Origin: a virus
Taxonomy: Duplodnaviria; Caudoviricetes
IMG/VR virus record: IMGVR_UViG_3300046030_000054
Location: 11,952 to 75,951 of that record
Reading direction: 5' to 3' (one strand)
DNA length: 64,000 nt
The position numbers were made by a program, and so were the translations under genes. Of this stretch, positions 45,451 through 56,756 are shown piece after piece (within the stretch, counting starts at the first letter, position 1; every line of letters begins with the position of its first letter). The notes beneath the pieces are model-generated. The model did no database searches, was not told the origin of the DNA, and saw only the letters and a list, made by a program, of their open reading frames with translations.

Positions 45451-45495
45451 GGTTTACTTTCAGTCCTCATCTGGCTTATCAGTGAGGACTTTTTT
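45451..45495 (+). promoter_or_regulatory. Bipartite motif copy B2 with terminator hairpin
   Basis: GGTTTACTTT-N10-CTGGCTTAT. Confidence 0.6.
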
Positions 45496-45527
45496 AGTTC
45501 TTAAATTTTATGAAAGGATCTGAATTA

Positions 45528-45923
45528 ATGTCAGAAGTCATTCAAGCCCAAGCGGCAATCGACAAGCTGCGGATTGATAAGTCAAATTCTCACTACCGGC
45601 CCTTTATCTTTGTCATCGCTCCATTTACAGAGGTTGTGAAAAGACAGGATAAAGCAATTCAGGCAGTTCAAAGCTACTGCCGCTTTGTCTACCAAGCAGG
45701 TGGTATTCCAATCTGTCCACAACTTTATCTACCGCAATTCATTAACATGCACCGTTCGCGAGAATTTCAAATCGCTGCTTTTATTAATATCGTGCTGCTC
45801 ACCAAATGCTCTGAAGCCTGGTCATTCGGTCAACCAACTCATGACATGCGATATTTCTGCCGTTTAGCTAAACGCAAGGGCAAAAAGGTTCGTTACTTTA
45901 ATTTGAAAATGGAGGTTCATTAA
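45528..45923 (+). CDS. DUF4406-like protein
   Basis: Diverged homologue of 5658..6044. Confidence 0.6.
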   Translation: MSEVIQAQAAIDKLRIDKSNSHYRPFIFVIAPFTEVVKRQDKAIQAVQSYCRFVYQAGGIPICPQLYLPQFINMHRSREFQIAAFINIVLLTKCSEAWSFGQPTHDMRYFCRLAKRKGKKVRYFNLKMEVH

Positions 45924-45924
45924 G

Positions 45925-48174
45925 ATGCACTTTACCTTATCCACTGCCCTGGTAACTGGTCAGGCTAGCAACACTAGCTATCCTCAACAGATCATCATTA
46001 CCAACCAAGATGAATTGCTCAAAGCAGTTAGCCACGACCATGTCTGTGGAATTTTCAAATCTAACCAACGAAATATTGGGAACTTTATCAGTGCGGACTG
46101 TCTAGTCATGGATTGCGATAATGATCACTCCGAAGATCCGTCAGCCTGGATTCATCCGAGTGATCTGCCAAATTATTTCGATAGCGTGGCATATGCGATC
46201 ACTTTATCTCGCAACAATATGAAAGCCAAGCATGGTAAAAAACCACGACCGAAGTTTCATATCTACTTTCCTATTAAACCAATTAAAAATGCGAAAACCT
46301 ATGCTGAATTAAAGCACGAAATTCAAGCTTACTTTCCTTATTTTGATGACAACGCCTTGGATACAGCCCGCTTCGTGTTTGGTGTTGCTACCACTAAAGT
46401 TATCTGGCATGAAGGCAGCCAAACGATCGACCAATTCATGATGGCCCAGCGCTTCTTTGACCAGCAAAAAATTGGTGGCATCCCCGAAGGAAAACGCAAT
46501 GCCACCCTTTCTCACTTTGCTGGCCGTTTAGTAATGCGCTTAGGTGATACCGCTGAAGCTCGTCAGGCATTTCAGGAGGAAGCCGCTAAGTGCAATCCAC
46601 CACTAAGCAAGCAGGAGTTAAAAAACATCTGGCACAGTGCCATTAAATTCGGGCAGCGAATGGCTAGTCAAAAAGGCTATATTCCGCCTGAAGAATACAA
46701 TCAGCCCAATGACGATCTACAACCGGATGATTACTCGGATACTGGTGAATCTTATGTCTTTGTCAACAACTGCAAAGAGCGGGTTTGCTATACCAACCAA
46801 TCAGGTTTTATGTGGTTCGATGGGAAGGTTTGGCAGGAATCGGAACCTTTAGCTCTCGGTGAAGTCCAGCGCTTTACCGATAAACAATTAGCCGATGCCC
46901 GACTTCGAGTCACTCAAAGTTACCAAGCAATTCAGAACAATGGTGTGGCACAGGGCTTACAAGCTATGGGTAAAACCAAGGCCCGGCGCACCTTTAGTGA
47001 TGAGCAATTAAAAGCCTTAAACGAATTTGAAGCAGCCAAAGAATATGAAGCCTTTGTATTAAAGGAACGCAGCACGCATGGCATTAGCGGAGTGTTAGTC
47101 AATGCTCGGCCCAAGATCAATAAGAAAATCAGTGAGTTTGATGCCGATCCATTTTTGTTAAACACCCCCGCTGGTCCTTATAACCTGCAAAAAGGGATGC
47201 ATGGCCAACAAGACATCAAGGCCAGTGAATTAATTACTAAGTCCACCTCTTGCATCCCCGGAGACAAAGGTAAGGAGCTCTGGCAGGAAGCGTTGAACAC
47301 GTTCTTTTGTAATGATCAAGAGTTAATCAATTATGTTCAAGAAATTGTGGGACTTGTTGCTATCGGTCAAGTTTATTTGGAAGCCTTAATTATCGCCTAT
47401 GGGGATGGACGCAACGGAAAATCGACCTTCTGGAATACGATTGCCAATGTGCTCGGCACTTATACTGGCCACCTATCTGCTGATGCTTTGACTACTGGTG
47501 TGCGGCGCAATGTCAAACCGGAAATGGCCGAGGTTAAAGGCAAGCGACTGATCATCTCCGCGGAATTGGAAGAAGGTAAACGCCTGAACACTTCGATTAT
47601 TAAGCAACTCTGTTCAACCGATGAAATCTATGCCGAAAAGAAATACATGAAGCCGTTCTCGTTTACTCCGAGCCATACGATGGTTCTTTATACTAACTAC
47701 CTGCCCCATGTCGGTGGCAACGATGAAGGTATCTGGCGCCGCCTAATCGTGATCCCCTTTAAGGCCAAGATTACTAAACGACAAGATATTAAAAACTATA
47801 CCCAGCACTTAACCGAAAATGCTGGTCCGGCTGTTTTGCAGTGGATTATCGAGGGCGCCCAGCGGATCATTCAGCAAAATTACCAGTTAAGCACTCCGCC
47901 TGCGGTAGTGAAAGCGGTGGAAGCCTACCAAGCTGATAATGATTGGCTCGGTCATTTTCTCAACGAAAAATGCGAATTAAACCCAGAATATGAGCAAAAG
48001 TCCGGTGACCTCTATCAAAAGTACCGGGAATACTGCCAGGGTATCGGTGAATATATCCGCAGTACTTCAGACTTTTACACGGCGCTACAGAATGCTGGCT
48101 TTCAGCGTCAAAGAAAGCACAGTGGACGTTTCGTGAAGGGGTTACGACTAAAGACTAAGGAATTTCTTAATTGA
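45925..48174 (+). CDS. P4-family primase-helicase
   Basis: Homologue of 6047..8302; Walker A GDGRNGKST. Confidence 0.9.
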   Translation: MHFTLSTALVTGQASNTSYPQQIIITNQDELLKAVSHDHVCGIFKSNQRNIGNFISADCLVMDCDNDHSEDPSAWIHPSDLPNYFDSVAYAITLSRNNMKAKHGKKPRPKFHIYFPIKPIKNAKTYAELKHEIQAYFPYFDDNALDTARFVFGVATTKVIWHEGSQTIDQFMMAQRFFDQQKIGGIPEGKRNATLSHFAGRLVMRLGDTAEARQAFQEEAAKCNPPLSKQELKNIWHSAIKFGQRMASQKGYIPPEEYNQPNDDLQPDDYSDTGESYVFVNNCKERVCYTNQSGFMWFDGKVWQESEPLALGEVQRFTDKQLADARLRVTQSYQAIQNNGVAQGLQAMGKTKARRTFSDEQLKALNEFEAAKEYEAFVLKERSTHGISGVLVNARPKINKKISEFDADPFLLNTPAGPYNLQKGMHGQQDIKASELITKSTSCIPGDKGKELWQEALNTFFCNDQELINYVQEIVGLVAIGQVYLEALIIAYGDGRNGKSTFWNTIANVLGTYTGHLSADALTTGVRRNVKPEMAEVKGKRLIISAELEEGKRLNTSIIKQLCSTDEIYAEKKYMKPFSFTPSHTMVLYTNYLPHVGGNDEGIWRRLIVIPFKAKITKRQDIKNYTQHLTENAGPAVLQWIIEGAQRIIQQNYQLSTPPAVVKAVEAYQADNDWLGHFLNEKCELNPEYEQKSGDLYQKYREYCQGIGEYIRSTSDFYTALQNAGFQRQRKHSGRFVKGLRLKTKEFLN

Positions 48175-48345
48175 GAGTGTCACCGACCGTCACTTTCAAT
48201 TAACGAGAAAGCGTGTTCCATTAACATTCATCTGTAATGGTGACAGTCGTGACAGTCTATTTCTTTACTTGTATATAGGAATAAAAAATAGAAAAAAAGA
48301 GTATAGAAAAGAGTAGTAAATCGACTGACATGACCGTCACAAACT
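48175..48345. repeat. Putative replication origin, copy B
   Basis: tgtcaccgaccgtcac, tgacagtcgtgacagtc, gactgacatgaccgtcac around an A-rich tract. Confidence 0.55.
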
Positions 48346-48390
48346 CTCTTAATACCTTGATGAATCAACACATAGAAAGGATTATCGAAA

Positions 48391-48672
48391 ATGCTAGAAA
48401 AACGAATCGAAACAGCTTTTGTGAAAGCTACTCAAAGTCGCGGCGGTTTATGCCTGAAGTTCGTTTCGCCATCAATGGCTGGAGTTCCCGATCGAATTGT
48501 CCTTTTACCTGATGGTCATCTGGGCTTCGTGGAAATGAAAGCTCCCGGCAAGCATCCCCGCCCGCTGCAGGTACAAAGACTAATGCAATTAAAACAACTT
48601 GGTTTCCAAGTCTTTGTTTGCGATCAGCTTGATCAGATTGGAGGAATGCTTGATGCAATACAAACCGCATGA
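48391..48672 (+). CDS. VRR-NUC nuclease
   Basis: Homologue of 8515..8796. Confidence 0.88.
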   Translation: MLEKRIETAFVKATQSRGGLCLKFVSPSMAGVPDRIVLLPDGHLGFVEMKAPGKHPRPLQVQRLMQLKQLGFQVFVCDQLDQIGGMLDAIQTA

Positions 48673-50008
48673 ATATCAACAATATGCAACTCGGTTTATT
48701 TTGGACCATCCCGTAGCAGCCATCTTGCTTGATATGGGCCTTGGCAAAAGTGTCATTACCCTCACGGCTATTAAGCAGCTCATTCAGGAAGGCAAGGTTC
48801 ACCGGGTCCTAGTTGTGGCGCCGCTAAGAGTTGCTAAACAAACCTGGTCAGATGAAATAGAGAAGTGGGACCACTTGAAAAGCCTGACTTATTCAGTCGT
48901 AACAGGTCCCAAAATACAACGCATTAAAGCTCTGCAACAAGACGTTGACATTTACATTATCAATCGGGAAAACCTAAAGTGGCTGATTGAATTCTCTGGT
49001 ATAAACTTTGATTATGACATGCTGGTAATTGATGAATTGTCGAGTTTCAAGTCCTATCGATCCCAACGCTTCAAGGCACTGAAACGAGTCCGTCCCCTGA
49101 TTAAACGTGTGGTTGGCCTAACCGGCACGCCATCTTCTAATGGGCTAATGGATTTGTGGGCAGAATTCCGGGTGCTGGACATGGGCAAAAGACTTGGCCG
49201 CTTCATCTCATACTACCGGACTAATTACTTTGATCCTGACAAGCGCAATATGTATCAAGTCTTCACTTACAAGCCAAAGCCGGGTGCTGAGCAAAGTATT
49301 TACCGGGCCATTGATGACATCACCATCTCCATGAAGTCTCAGGATTACTTGGATCTTCCACCGCTAACCATGAACAAAGTGCCGGTCAAGATGAGCAATA
49401 GCGAACAAGCAATCTATGATGAACTCAAGACTCAGCTGGTGGTTTCGACCCACGGCAAACAGATCGATGCGCTGAACGCGGCTAGTCTGTCTAACAAACT
49501 TTGTCAGATGGCCAATGGCTGTGTTTACGATGATCAGCAGCAGGTTGTTCAAATCCACCAGCGTAAACTCGATGCCCTGGAAGATTTAGTCGAAGCTGCC
49601 AACGGCAAGCCAGTACTCGTTGCCTACTGGTTCAAGCATGACTTAGTGCAGATCAAGCAACGTTTTAATATGCGTGAAATTAAAGACACTCAAGACATTA
49701 AAGATTGGAATGCCGGTAAGATTCCGCTCGCACTAATTCATCCTGCCTCTGCGGGTCACGGACTTAATCTGCAAGCTGGAGGTGCTACTTTGATCTGGTA
49801 TGGACTGACCTGGAGCTTGGAGCTTTACCAGCAAACCAACGCTCGGCTCTGGCGACAAGGACAACGTCAGCCAGTAGTTATCCACCACATCATCACCGAA
49901 GGAACCATTGACGAAAACATTCTGGCCGCCTTGAAACGTAAAGATAAAACCCAGCTAGCGTTAATCAATGCGGTGAAAGCCAACCTGAAAGGAAGTGTTG
50001 TGGCATGA
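48653..50008 (+). CDS. Phage SNF2 helicase
   Basis: Homologue of 8777..10132; start MQYKP. Confidence 0.9.
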   Translation: MQYKPHEYQQYATRFILDHPVAAILLDMGLGKSVITLTAIKQLIQEGKVHRVLVVAPLRVAKQTWSDEIEKWDHLKSLTYSVVTGPKIQRIKALQQDVDIYIINRENLKWLIEFSGINFDYDMLVIDELSSFKSYRSQRFKALKRVRPLIKRVVGLTGTPSSNGLMDLWAEFRVLDMGKRLGRFISYYRTNYFDPDKRNMYQVFTYKPKPGAEQSIYRAIDDITISMKSQDYLDLPPLTMNKVPVKMSNSEQAIYDELKTQLVVSTHGKQIDALNAASLSNKLCQMANGCVYDDQQQVVQIHQRKLDALEDLVEAANGKPVLVAYWFKHDLVQIKQRFNMREIKDTQDIKDWNAGKIPLALIHPASAGHGLNLQAGGATLIWYGLTWSLELYQQTNARLWRQGQRQPVVIHHIITEGTIDENILAALKRKDKTQLALINAVKANLKGSVVA

Positions 50009-50472
50009 GTATCATGTGGAACTACTTAGACAAACGACGAGCGACCGTCGCAGCCTTGAAAGATTACGATGGTATGAAGTTCATCATTGACTCTTACCAA
50101 GACGAACTGAAACTAGCTAAGGAACAAATGGTTGGTGTCAGTTCGCCTCGCTATGGTTTCTCACCCAGTGGCAGCAAAAAGGATAACCCGACTGAACATC
50201 GCCTGCTGCATGGCATCGACCAGACAACCAAACTGAATGAACGTTACCAACAAGCCCAGCTTTACTTCAAATGGTTCGAGCCAGCCTGGCAAGAACTATC
50301 TGACGACGAGCGGTTTGTTTTAGACGTTTGCTACCGCACTCCAAACCAGTCAATGAACGAGGGACTAACTATCATGATGGACAAGTATTTCATTGCGAAA
50401 ACCACTGCTTATAATCGAAAGAACAAAGCACTCGACCACCTTACCCTTTTGCTTTATGGATCCCACCATTAG
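50005..50472 (+). CDS. ArpU/RinA-like late regulator
   Basis: Homologue of 10129..10596. Confidence 0.65.
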   Translation: MSIMWNYLDKRRATVAALKDYDGMKFIIDSYQDELKLAKEQMVGVSSPRYGFSPSGSKKDNPTEHRLLHGIDQTTKLNERYQQAQLYFKWFEPAWQELSDDERFVLDVCYRTPNQSMNEGLTIMMDKYFIAKTTAYNRKNKALDHLTLLLYGSHH

Positions 50473-50619
50473 AAAGGTAAAACGCAGAACAAACAATCAA
50501 CTTATCCATGTTACGATGATAGTGTAGAAAATTAAGATAAGGCATTTGCTTTATAACACTGAAGCCTGGCAGCTTAGAACTGCTGGGCTTTTCTTATAAC
50601 CTCAGAAAGGAGGAGTGTC

Positions 50620-50997
50620 ATGCCCTACTCACCCAAGAAACCATGTCGTTACCCTGGCTGCCCACGATTAACACACAATATGTATTGTGACCAACACGAA
50701 AAGATAGTCTCTTCTTATTACAATCGCCACCAACGACCAAAGCGCAGTCGTCCTCGTTATCATCGTGGCTGGCCTAGGATCAGACAAAGATACTTACTCC
50801 ACCATCCCTTCTGTGAGATGTGCCTGAGCCAAGGAAGGTATACCCAAGCCACCGAGGTCCATCACGTTCTGCCTCTGGAACACGGCGGCACCAACGAGTT
50901 CAAGAACCTGATGGCATTATGTAAGCCATGCCACTCCCGCATCACCGCCCAGATGGATGATCGCTGGCATAAAAAGCCACGTCGATATCATTACTAA
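50620..50997 (+). CDS. HNH endonuclease
   Basis: Homologue of 10745..11122. Confidence 0.9.
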   Translation: MPYSPKKPCRYPGCPRLTHNMYCDQHEKIVSSYYNRHQRPKRSRPRYHRGWPRIRQRYLLHHPFCEMCLSQGRYTQATEVHHVLPLEHGGTNEFKNLMALCKPCHSRITAQMDDRWHKKPRRYHY

Positions 50998-51105
50998 ACC
51001 ACGGAGGGGGCCATCAAATCCTTAAAAATTTTTCGCGCGGGAGCGGGCCTGGGCCTTCGTGTACAAAAAATCGAAATCAAACAGGGTATTAACCCCTGCC
51101 GGAAG
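50998..51105. other. Putative cos region, copy B
   Basis: Near-identical to 11123-11230. Confidence 0.45.
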
Positions 51106-51116
51106 GAGGGAGAGAG

Positions 51117-51659
51117 TTGGCTAAAGATGGTACAAATCGTGGTGGCGCTCGGGTTGGGGCTGGCAGAAAATCTAAATCACTTCACGATAAGCTCGAAGCT
51201 GGCCAAGAAGCAACCGTCATCGATTTGCCAGAACCAGCTAATCTGGAAGGTCACGTGATGCCGCCAGTCAAGAAGTACCTCAAGGCCAAACAGAAGAATG
51301 GTTTAGAATTTGACGCCGCTGATATTTTCAAAGAAACCTGGGAATGGTTGGTCGAGCGTGGTTGTGAAAAACTAGTTAACACTCAATTGATTGAACAATA
51401 TGCCGTTAGCGTCAGCCGGTGGATTCAGTGTGAAGAATGTATCTCTAAGTTTGGTTTCCTCGCTCGCCACCCTACGACTGGTAACGCAATTGCTTCACCA
51501 TATGTTTCCATGAGCCGCGACTATATGAAACAGTCCAGCCAATTATGGTTTCAAATTTTTCAAGTGGTTAAGGAAAATAACGCCACAACTTATCAAGGAT
51601 CAACACCACAAGATGATGTCATGGAACGGCTCTTAAGAAGCCGGAAAGGAATGAACTAA
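51117..51659 (+). CDS. terS: Terminase small subunit
   Basis: Homologue of 11242..11784. Confidence 0.85.
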   Translation: MAKDGTNRGGARVGAGRKSKSLHDKLEAGQEATVIDLPEPANLEGHVMPPVKKYLKAKQKNGLEFDAADIFKETWEWLVERGCEKLVNTQLIEQYAVSVSRWIQCEECISKFGFLARHPTTGNAIASPYVSMSRDYMKQSSQLWFQIFQVVKENNATTYQGSTPQDDVMERLLRSRKGMN

Positions 51660-52885
51660 TGAAATTTGTTAAAAAGAAAATTACCGATTTAATCCCTGCC
51701 GATTACAATCCACGGAAAGATCTCAAACCCGGCGATCCTGATTATGAAAAACTAAAACGCTCGATGCATGAATTTGGCTATGTCGATCCAATCATTTGGA
51801 ACCAACAAACCGGTCATGTAGTTGGTGGGCACCAGCGCTTAAAAATTCTCCAGGATGAAGGCATCAAAGAAGCAGAGTGCGTGGTCGTTAATCTGAATGA
51901 GGACAAAGAAAAGGCCCTTAACGTAGCTTTAAACAAAATTAGTGGTGACTGGGATAAGGACAAGTTAGCTTTACTGATGACTGATCTGCAGGCCAGCGAC
52001 CTTGATGTTTCATTAACCGGTTTTGACGAAAATGAGATCTCTGACTTACTCGGCACCGCTGATAATACTCATGATGATGACTTTGACGTTGATAGCGAAT
52101 TAAATAAACCGACCTTTTCTAAGACAGGCGACATCTGGCACTTGGGGCGACATACCCTACTATGTGGTGATGCCACGAGAAAGGAAAGCTATCAAAGATT
52201 ACTTGGTGATCATCAGGTCAACCTAGTGCTCACCGATCCACCATACAATGTTGATTACTCCAGCAAGGCTGGCAAGATCAAGAATGATCATCAAACTGAC
52301 GACAAGTTCTACCAGTTTCTACTCGCTGCTTTTCAAAACACGAATCAAGCCATGGCTAATGACGCCAGCATCTATGTTTTCCATGCCGACACGGAAGGCC
52401 TTAACTTCCGCCGTGCTTTCCAAGATGCTGGCTTTTATTTATCTGGTTGCTGTATCTGGAAAAAACAATCATTAGTGCTTGGTCGCTCACCCTACCAGTG
52501 GCAGCATGAACCAGTTCTATATGGTTGGAAGAAAGATGGTAAACACGAATGGTACACCGGACGAAAGGAATCTACCATCTGGGAATTTGATCGTCCAAAG
52601 CAAAGTAAGGAACACCCAACGATGAAACCAATCCCATTACTAGCCTATCCGATCATGAACTCTACTATGTCGAACTGCACGGTTCTTGATCCATTCGGCG
52701 GTTCTGGTTCGACTCTGATTGCTTGTGAACAGACTAATCGGATCTGCTACATGATGGAGCTGGATCCTAAATATTGCGATGTCATCGTCAACCGCTATAT
52801 TGAACAAGTCGATTCGGATCAGAAAGTCAGTGTGGAAAGGGATGGAAAATCGATTCCTTACAGTAAGGTTAAAAAGTCGGCCTAA
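51659..52885 (+). CDS. ParB-like + DNA methyltransferase
   Basis: Homologue of 11784..13010. Confidence 0.9.
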   Translation: MKFVKKKITDLIPADYNPRKDLKPGDPDYEKLKRSMHEFGYVDPIIWNQQTGHVVGGHQRLKILQDEGIKEAECVVVNLNEDKEKALNVALNKISGDWDKDKLALLMTDLQASDLDVSLTGFDENEISDLLGTADNTHDDDFDVDSELNKPTFSKTGDIWHLGRHTLLCGDATRKESYQRLLGDHQVNLVLTDPPYNVDYSSKAGKIKNDHQTDDKFYQFLLAAFQNTNQAMANDASIYVFHADTEGLNFRRAFQDAGFYLSGCCIWKKQSLVLGRSPYQWQHEPVLYGWKKDGKHEWYTGRKESTIWEFDRPKQSKEHPTMKPIPLLAYPIMNSTMSNCTVLDPFGGSGSTLIACEQTNRICYMMELDPKYCDVIVNRYIEQVDSDQKVSVERDGKSIPYSKVKKSA

Positions 52886-52957
52886 AGTACTGAAAAGCCT
52901 TGCTATCTGTGCCTTTTAGAGTGATGTATACAGTGATCAAACAAGGAGGTATTGAAT

Positions 52958-53578
52958 ATGAAAATTAATTTTAATGTTCATGGCCAACAGCGCAAAAAGT
53001 TAGTCGAACAGATTGCTGAATACACTCAGCAAAAGGCAGAGTACCAGTACACACCAACTTATGCATACCAGATTGGCAAATACACCATCAGCAAGGATGG
53101 CAATCTTCTATCCCCGGATGAGATTCCTGCTGGATTAGTAACACATCTTAAGCAACAGGGATTCACACCCAGCGAGACGGTCAAGTTGAACATAACATAT
53201 CGCCGCAATGAGCTTACTGACCAAGATCTAGATAACCTACGCCATTTAATCTGGGCCAAAAGCCAGTTAATCAAAGACGCTTTTGACATTGAATCATTGC
53301 ATTTAAGCATTGACGACCAACAAGTCTCATTTAACTGGTTTGACCAAGTCGATGCCTATGATGCTCTGGCCTATCAACAATTCATCGACAAACTAGTGCA
53401 ATATGCTCAAAATCATCAGCGGATTATGTCCCAGCCACGGGAAGAAAGCAATGAAAAATATGCCTTTCGTTGTCTTTTGCTCCGGCTGGGATTTATTGGC
53501 CCAAGGTATAAGAAGCAACGGAAGGTGTTACTTAAAAATTTAACCGGGTCCGCCGCATTCAAAAGTCAGGAGGCTTAA
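52958..53578 (+). CDS. 'Virulence-related'-type hypothetical protein
   Basis: Homologue of 13083..13703. Confidence 0.7.
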   Translation: MKINFNVHGQQRKKLVEQIAEYTQQKAEYQYTPTYAYQIGKYTISKDGNLLSPDEIPAGLVTHLKQQGFTPSETVKLNITYRRNELTDQDLDNLRHLIWAKSQLIKDAFDIESLHLSIDDQQVSFNWFDQVDAYDALAYQQFIDKLVQYAQNHQRIMSQPREESNEKYAFRCLLLRLGFIGPRYKKQRKVLLKNLTGSAAFKSQEA

Positions 53579-53580
53579 CT

Positions 53581-53787
53581 ATGAACCGTATCAAAGATGA
53601 ATTGGCCAAGCGTAATCGAATCTACCGACAAGTGCTTAAAATCCGCAACACTGGTGAAGCAAATATGTTTGATGTGGAAAATGTCAAAAGACTGGCATAC
53701 TACTATAACTGCCATGACTTAATCGATTACTTGAATACTGACCGCGCCGGATACGTAAATTTGATATTAACTGGCAAATTTAATTAA
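53581..53787 (+). CDS. DUF5049-like protein
   Basis: Homologue of 13706..13912. Confidence 0.7.
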   Translation: MNRIKDELAKRNRIYRQVLKIRNTGEANMFDVENVKRLAYYYNCHDLIDYLNTDRAGYVNLILTGKFN

Positions 53788-53854
53788 TCATCAATCAAGC
53801 ATTGAGTTAACACTCAGTGCTTTTTTAGTACAACTGAAAGGATGTGATGCCCTC

Positions 53855-55453
53855 TTGCGAAAAATAAAAGATTACAAGCCAACTAGGTTCATGGCCAAGG
53901 ACTCTACTTATAACAAAGACGCAGCTGATTTTGCAGTTTCATTTATCGAATGCCTATGCCATACCAAAGGGACCTGGGCAGGAAAACCGTTTGATTTAAT
54001 TGATTGGCAAGAGAAAATAATTCGTGATATCTTTGGCATTCTTAAGCCTGATGGCTACCGTCAATTCAACACTGCTTATGTTGAAATTCCCAAGAAGCAA
54101 GGAAAGTCAGAACTAGCCGCTGCCGTTGCCCTCCTACTTTGTTGTGCTGATGGAGAAGAGCGGGCGGAAGTTTATGGCTGCGCGGCTGATCGTCAACAGG
54201 CCGCCATTGTTTTTGACGTGGCTGCCGATATGGTACGGATGAATCCTGCCTTGAAGAAGCGGTGCAAGATCTTAGCTTCTCAGAAGCGCTTGATCTATGA
54301 ACCAACTAATAGTTTCTACCAAGTCTTGTCCGCCGACGCCTACTCCAAGCATGGCTTTAATGTTTCTGGCGTTATTTTTGATGAATTGCATACTCAGCCT
54401 AACCGTAAACTTTATGACGTTATGACTAAGGGCTCTGGGGACGCTCGTACTCAACCGCTCTACTTTTTGATCACGACGGCTGGTAACGATGAAAATTCAA
54501 TCTGTTATCAGGTCCACCAAAAAGCCATTGACATCATGAAGGGACGTAAACATGACCCTCGCTTCTACCCAGTCATTTACGGTGCCGGACGTGACGAAGA
54601 TTGGTCAAGTCCCGAAGTTTGGAAAAAAGCTAACCCTTCTCTGGGTATCACGGTCAAAATGGAGAAGGTTACGGATGCCTATAATTCAGCTAAGGAAAAC
54701 CCAGCTGAAGAAAATACCTTCCGACAACTACGGTTAAATCAGTGGGTAAAACAAGATGTTCGATGGATGCCGATGGACAAATGGGATGCTTGTGCATTTC
54801 CTGTTGATCCCGATGAGTTACGTGGTCACGATTGTTACGGTGGTCTTGACCTGTCATCAACTACTGATATCACAGCATTCGTTTTGGTCTTTCCACCGCG
54901 TGATGATTCCGAAGGTTACACCCTGCTCCCCTACTTCTGGATTCCTGAAGATAATGTCGACCTGCGGGTACGCCGTGACCATGTTCCCTATGATATCTGG
55001 AAACAGCAGGGATATTTACAAACCACAGAAGGTAATGTCGTCCACTATGGCTTCATAGAACACTTCATTGATGATCTCGGAAAGAAATACCATATCAAGG
55101 AAATTGCCTTTGACCGTTGGGGTGCAGTCGAAATGGTCCAGAATCTTGAAGGAATGGGCTTCACGGTAGTGCCATTTGGCCAAGGGTTCAAAGATATGAC
55201 TCCACCAACCAAAGAGTTGATGCGCTTAACTTTGGAAAAGAAAATTGCTCACGGTGGACACCCAGTTTTGCGTTGGATGATGGACAACATCTACATTCGA
55301 ACTGATCCGGCAGGCAACATCAAACCAGATAAAGCAAAATCAACTGAAAAGATAGATGGCGTTGTCGCTACTATCATGGGATTGGATCGCGCCATTCGCA
55401 ATGAAGACAGTGGTGACTCTGTTTATGATGGTCGAGGTCTATTAATGTTGTAA
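53855..55453 (+). CDS. terL: Terminase large subunit
   Basis: Homologue of 13980..15578. Confidence 0.93.
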   Translation: MRKIKDYKPTRFMAKDSTYNKDAADFAVSFIECLCHTKGTWAGKPFDLIDWQEKIIRDIFGILKPDGYRQFNTAYVEIPKKQGKSELAAAVALLLCCADGEERAEVYGCAADRQQAAIVFDVAADMVRMNPALKKRCKILASQKRLIYEPTNSFYQVLSADAYSKHGFNVSGVIFDELHTQPNRKLYDVMTKGSGDARTQPLYFLITTAGNDENSICYQVHQKAIDIMKGRKHDPRFYPVIYGAGRDEDWSSPEVWKKANPSLGITVKMEKVTDAYNSAKENPAEENTFRQLRLNQWVKQDVRWMPMDKWDACAFPVDPDELRGHDCYGGLDLSSTTDITAFVLVFPPRDDSEGYTLLPYFWIPEDNVDLRVRRDHVPYDIWKQQGYLQTTEGNVVHYGFIEHFIDDLGKKYHIKEIAFDRWGAVEMVQNLEGMGFTVVPFGQGFKDMTPPTKELMRLTLEKKIAHGGHPVLRWMMDNIYIRTDPAGNIKPDKAKSTEKIDGVVATIMGLDRAIRNEDSGDSVYDGRGLLML

Positions 55454-55481
55454 TTACGAAAAACTTAAAGGAGTTGATGCC

Positions 55482-56756
55482 ATGAGTCTATTTAATAAAT
55501 TGTTCCATACCAATAAAGCTTCACCCAAAAACACCCTATCCAGCACCATGTCATTTTTCTTCGGCAGTTCGATGGCTGGCCAAAATGTGACCGAACGCAC
55601 TGCAATGCAGAATACAGCGGTTTATGCTTGTGTGCGGGTCTTAGCGGAAGGATTAGCTGAACTACCACTCCATATTTATCAATACACCAGCGATGGTGGC
55701 AAACAGCGGGCAATTAACCACCCGCTTTATTTTTTGCTTCATGATGCGCCAAATCCAGAAATGACCAGTTTTATCTTTCGTGAAACCATGATGAACCATT
55801 TATTGCTGTGGGGTAACGCCTATGCACAAATCATTCGCAATGGTCAAGGCCAAATTACAGGGCTTTATCCGTTAATGCCAGACCGGATGGACGTCAATCG
55901 GGCCGCTAACGGTGAAATCTACTACACCTATAATCGCAACTACGATGATTACCAAGCAAAGAACAAATCAAAACAAGTTATTCTCTTATCCGATGAAGTT
56001 CTCCATATCGCAGGACTAGGCTTTGATGGTTTGATTGGCTACAGTCCCATTGCTATGGCTAAGAATGCGATTGGATTATCCATGGCTGCCGAACAATATG
56101 GAGCCACTTTCTTCAAAAATGATGCCACGCCTGGTGGTGTTCTCGAGCACCCTAATGTAGTCAAAGACCCTGAACGGCTTCGGAAAAGTTGGCAGTCACA
56201 ATTTTCGGGATCTAATAATCACAGCATTGCTGTCTTGGAAGAAGGAATGACTTTTCACCAGCTTTCCATTCCACCTGACCAAGCACAGTTTCTAGATACG
56301 CGAAAATTTCAACTAGATGAGATTGCACGGATCTTTCGTGTACCACCACACATGGTTGGTGACCTGGATCGTTCCACCTTCTCAAACATTGAACAGCAGT
56401 CGCTCGAATTTGTGAAGTACACCTTGAACCCTTGGTGTGTCCGTTGGGAACAAGCGATGAACCAGCAATTACTTTCACCTGACGACCAGCAGAAATACTT
56501 CATCAAATTCAACGTTGATGGCTTGCTGCGCGGTGATTACGAAAGCCGCATGAATGGTTACGCAATTGGCCGACAAAACGGCTGGCTATCAGCTAATGAT
56601 ATTCGTGAACTGGAGGACCTCAACCGCATCCCAGCAAACGAAGGTGGTGATCAATACTTGGTTAACGGTAATATGCTACCACTCAGTCAAGCTGGTAACT
56701 TCTATCAAAAGCAATCTGCAAATAAGAACACAGAAAGTGAGGATGATCAATCTTGA
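55482..56756 (+). CDS. HK97-family portal
   Basis: Homologue of 15607..16872. Confidence 0.93.
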   Translation: MSLFNKLFHTNKASPKNTLSSTMSFFFGSSMAGQNVTERTAMQNTAVYACVRVLAEGLAELPLHIYQYTSDGGKQRAINHPLYFLLHDAPNPEMTSFIFRETMMNHLLLWGNAYAQIIRNGQGQITGLYPLMPDRMDVNRAANGEIYYTYNRNYDDYQAKNKSKQVILLSDEVLHIAGLGFDGLIGYSPIAMAKNAIGLSMAAEQYGATFFKNDATPGGVLEHPNVVKDPERLRKSWQSQFSGSNNHSIAVLEEGMTFHQLSIPPDQAQFLDTRKFQLDEIARIFRVPPHMVGDLDRSTFSNIEQQSLEFVKYTLNPWCVRWEQAMNQQLLSPDDQQKYFIKFNVDGLLRGDYESRMNGYAIGRQNGWLSANDIRELEDLNRIPANEGGDQYLVNGNMLPLSQAGNFYQKQSANKNTESEDDQS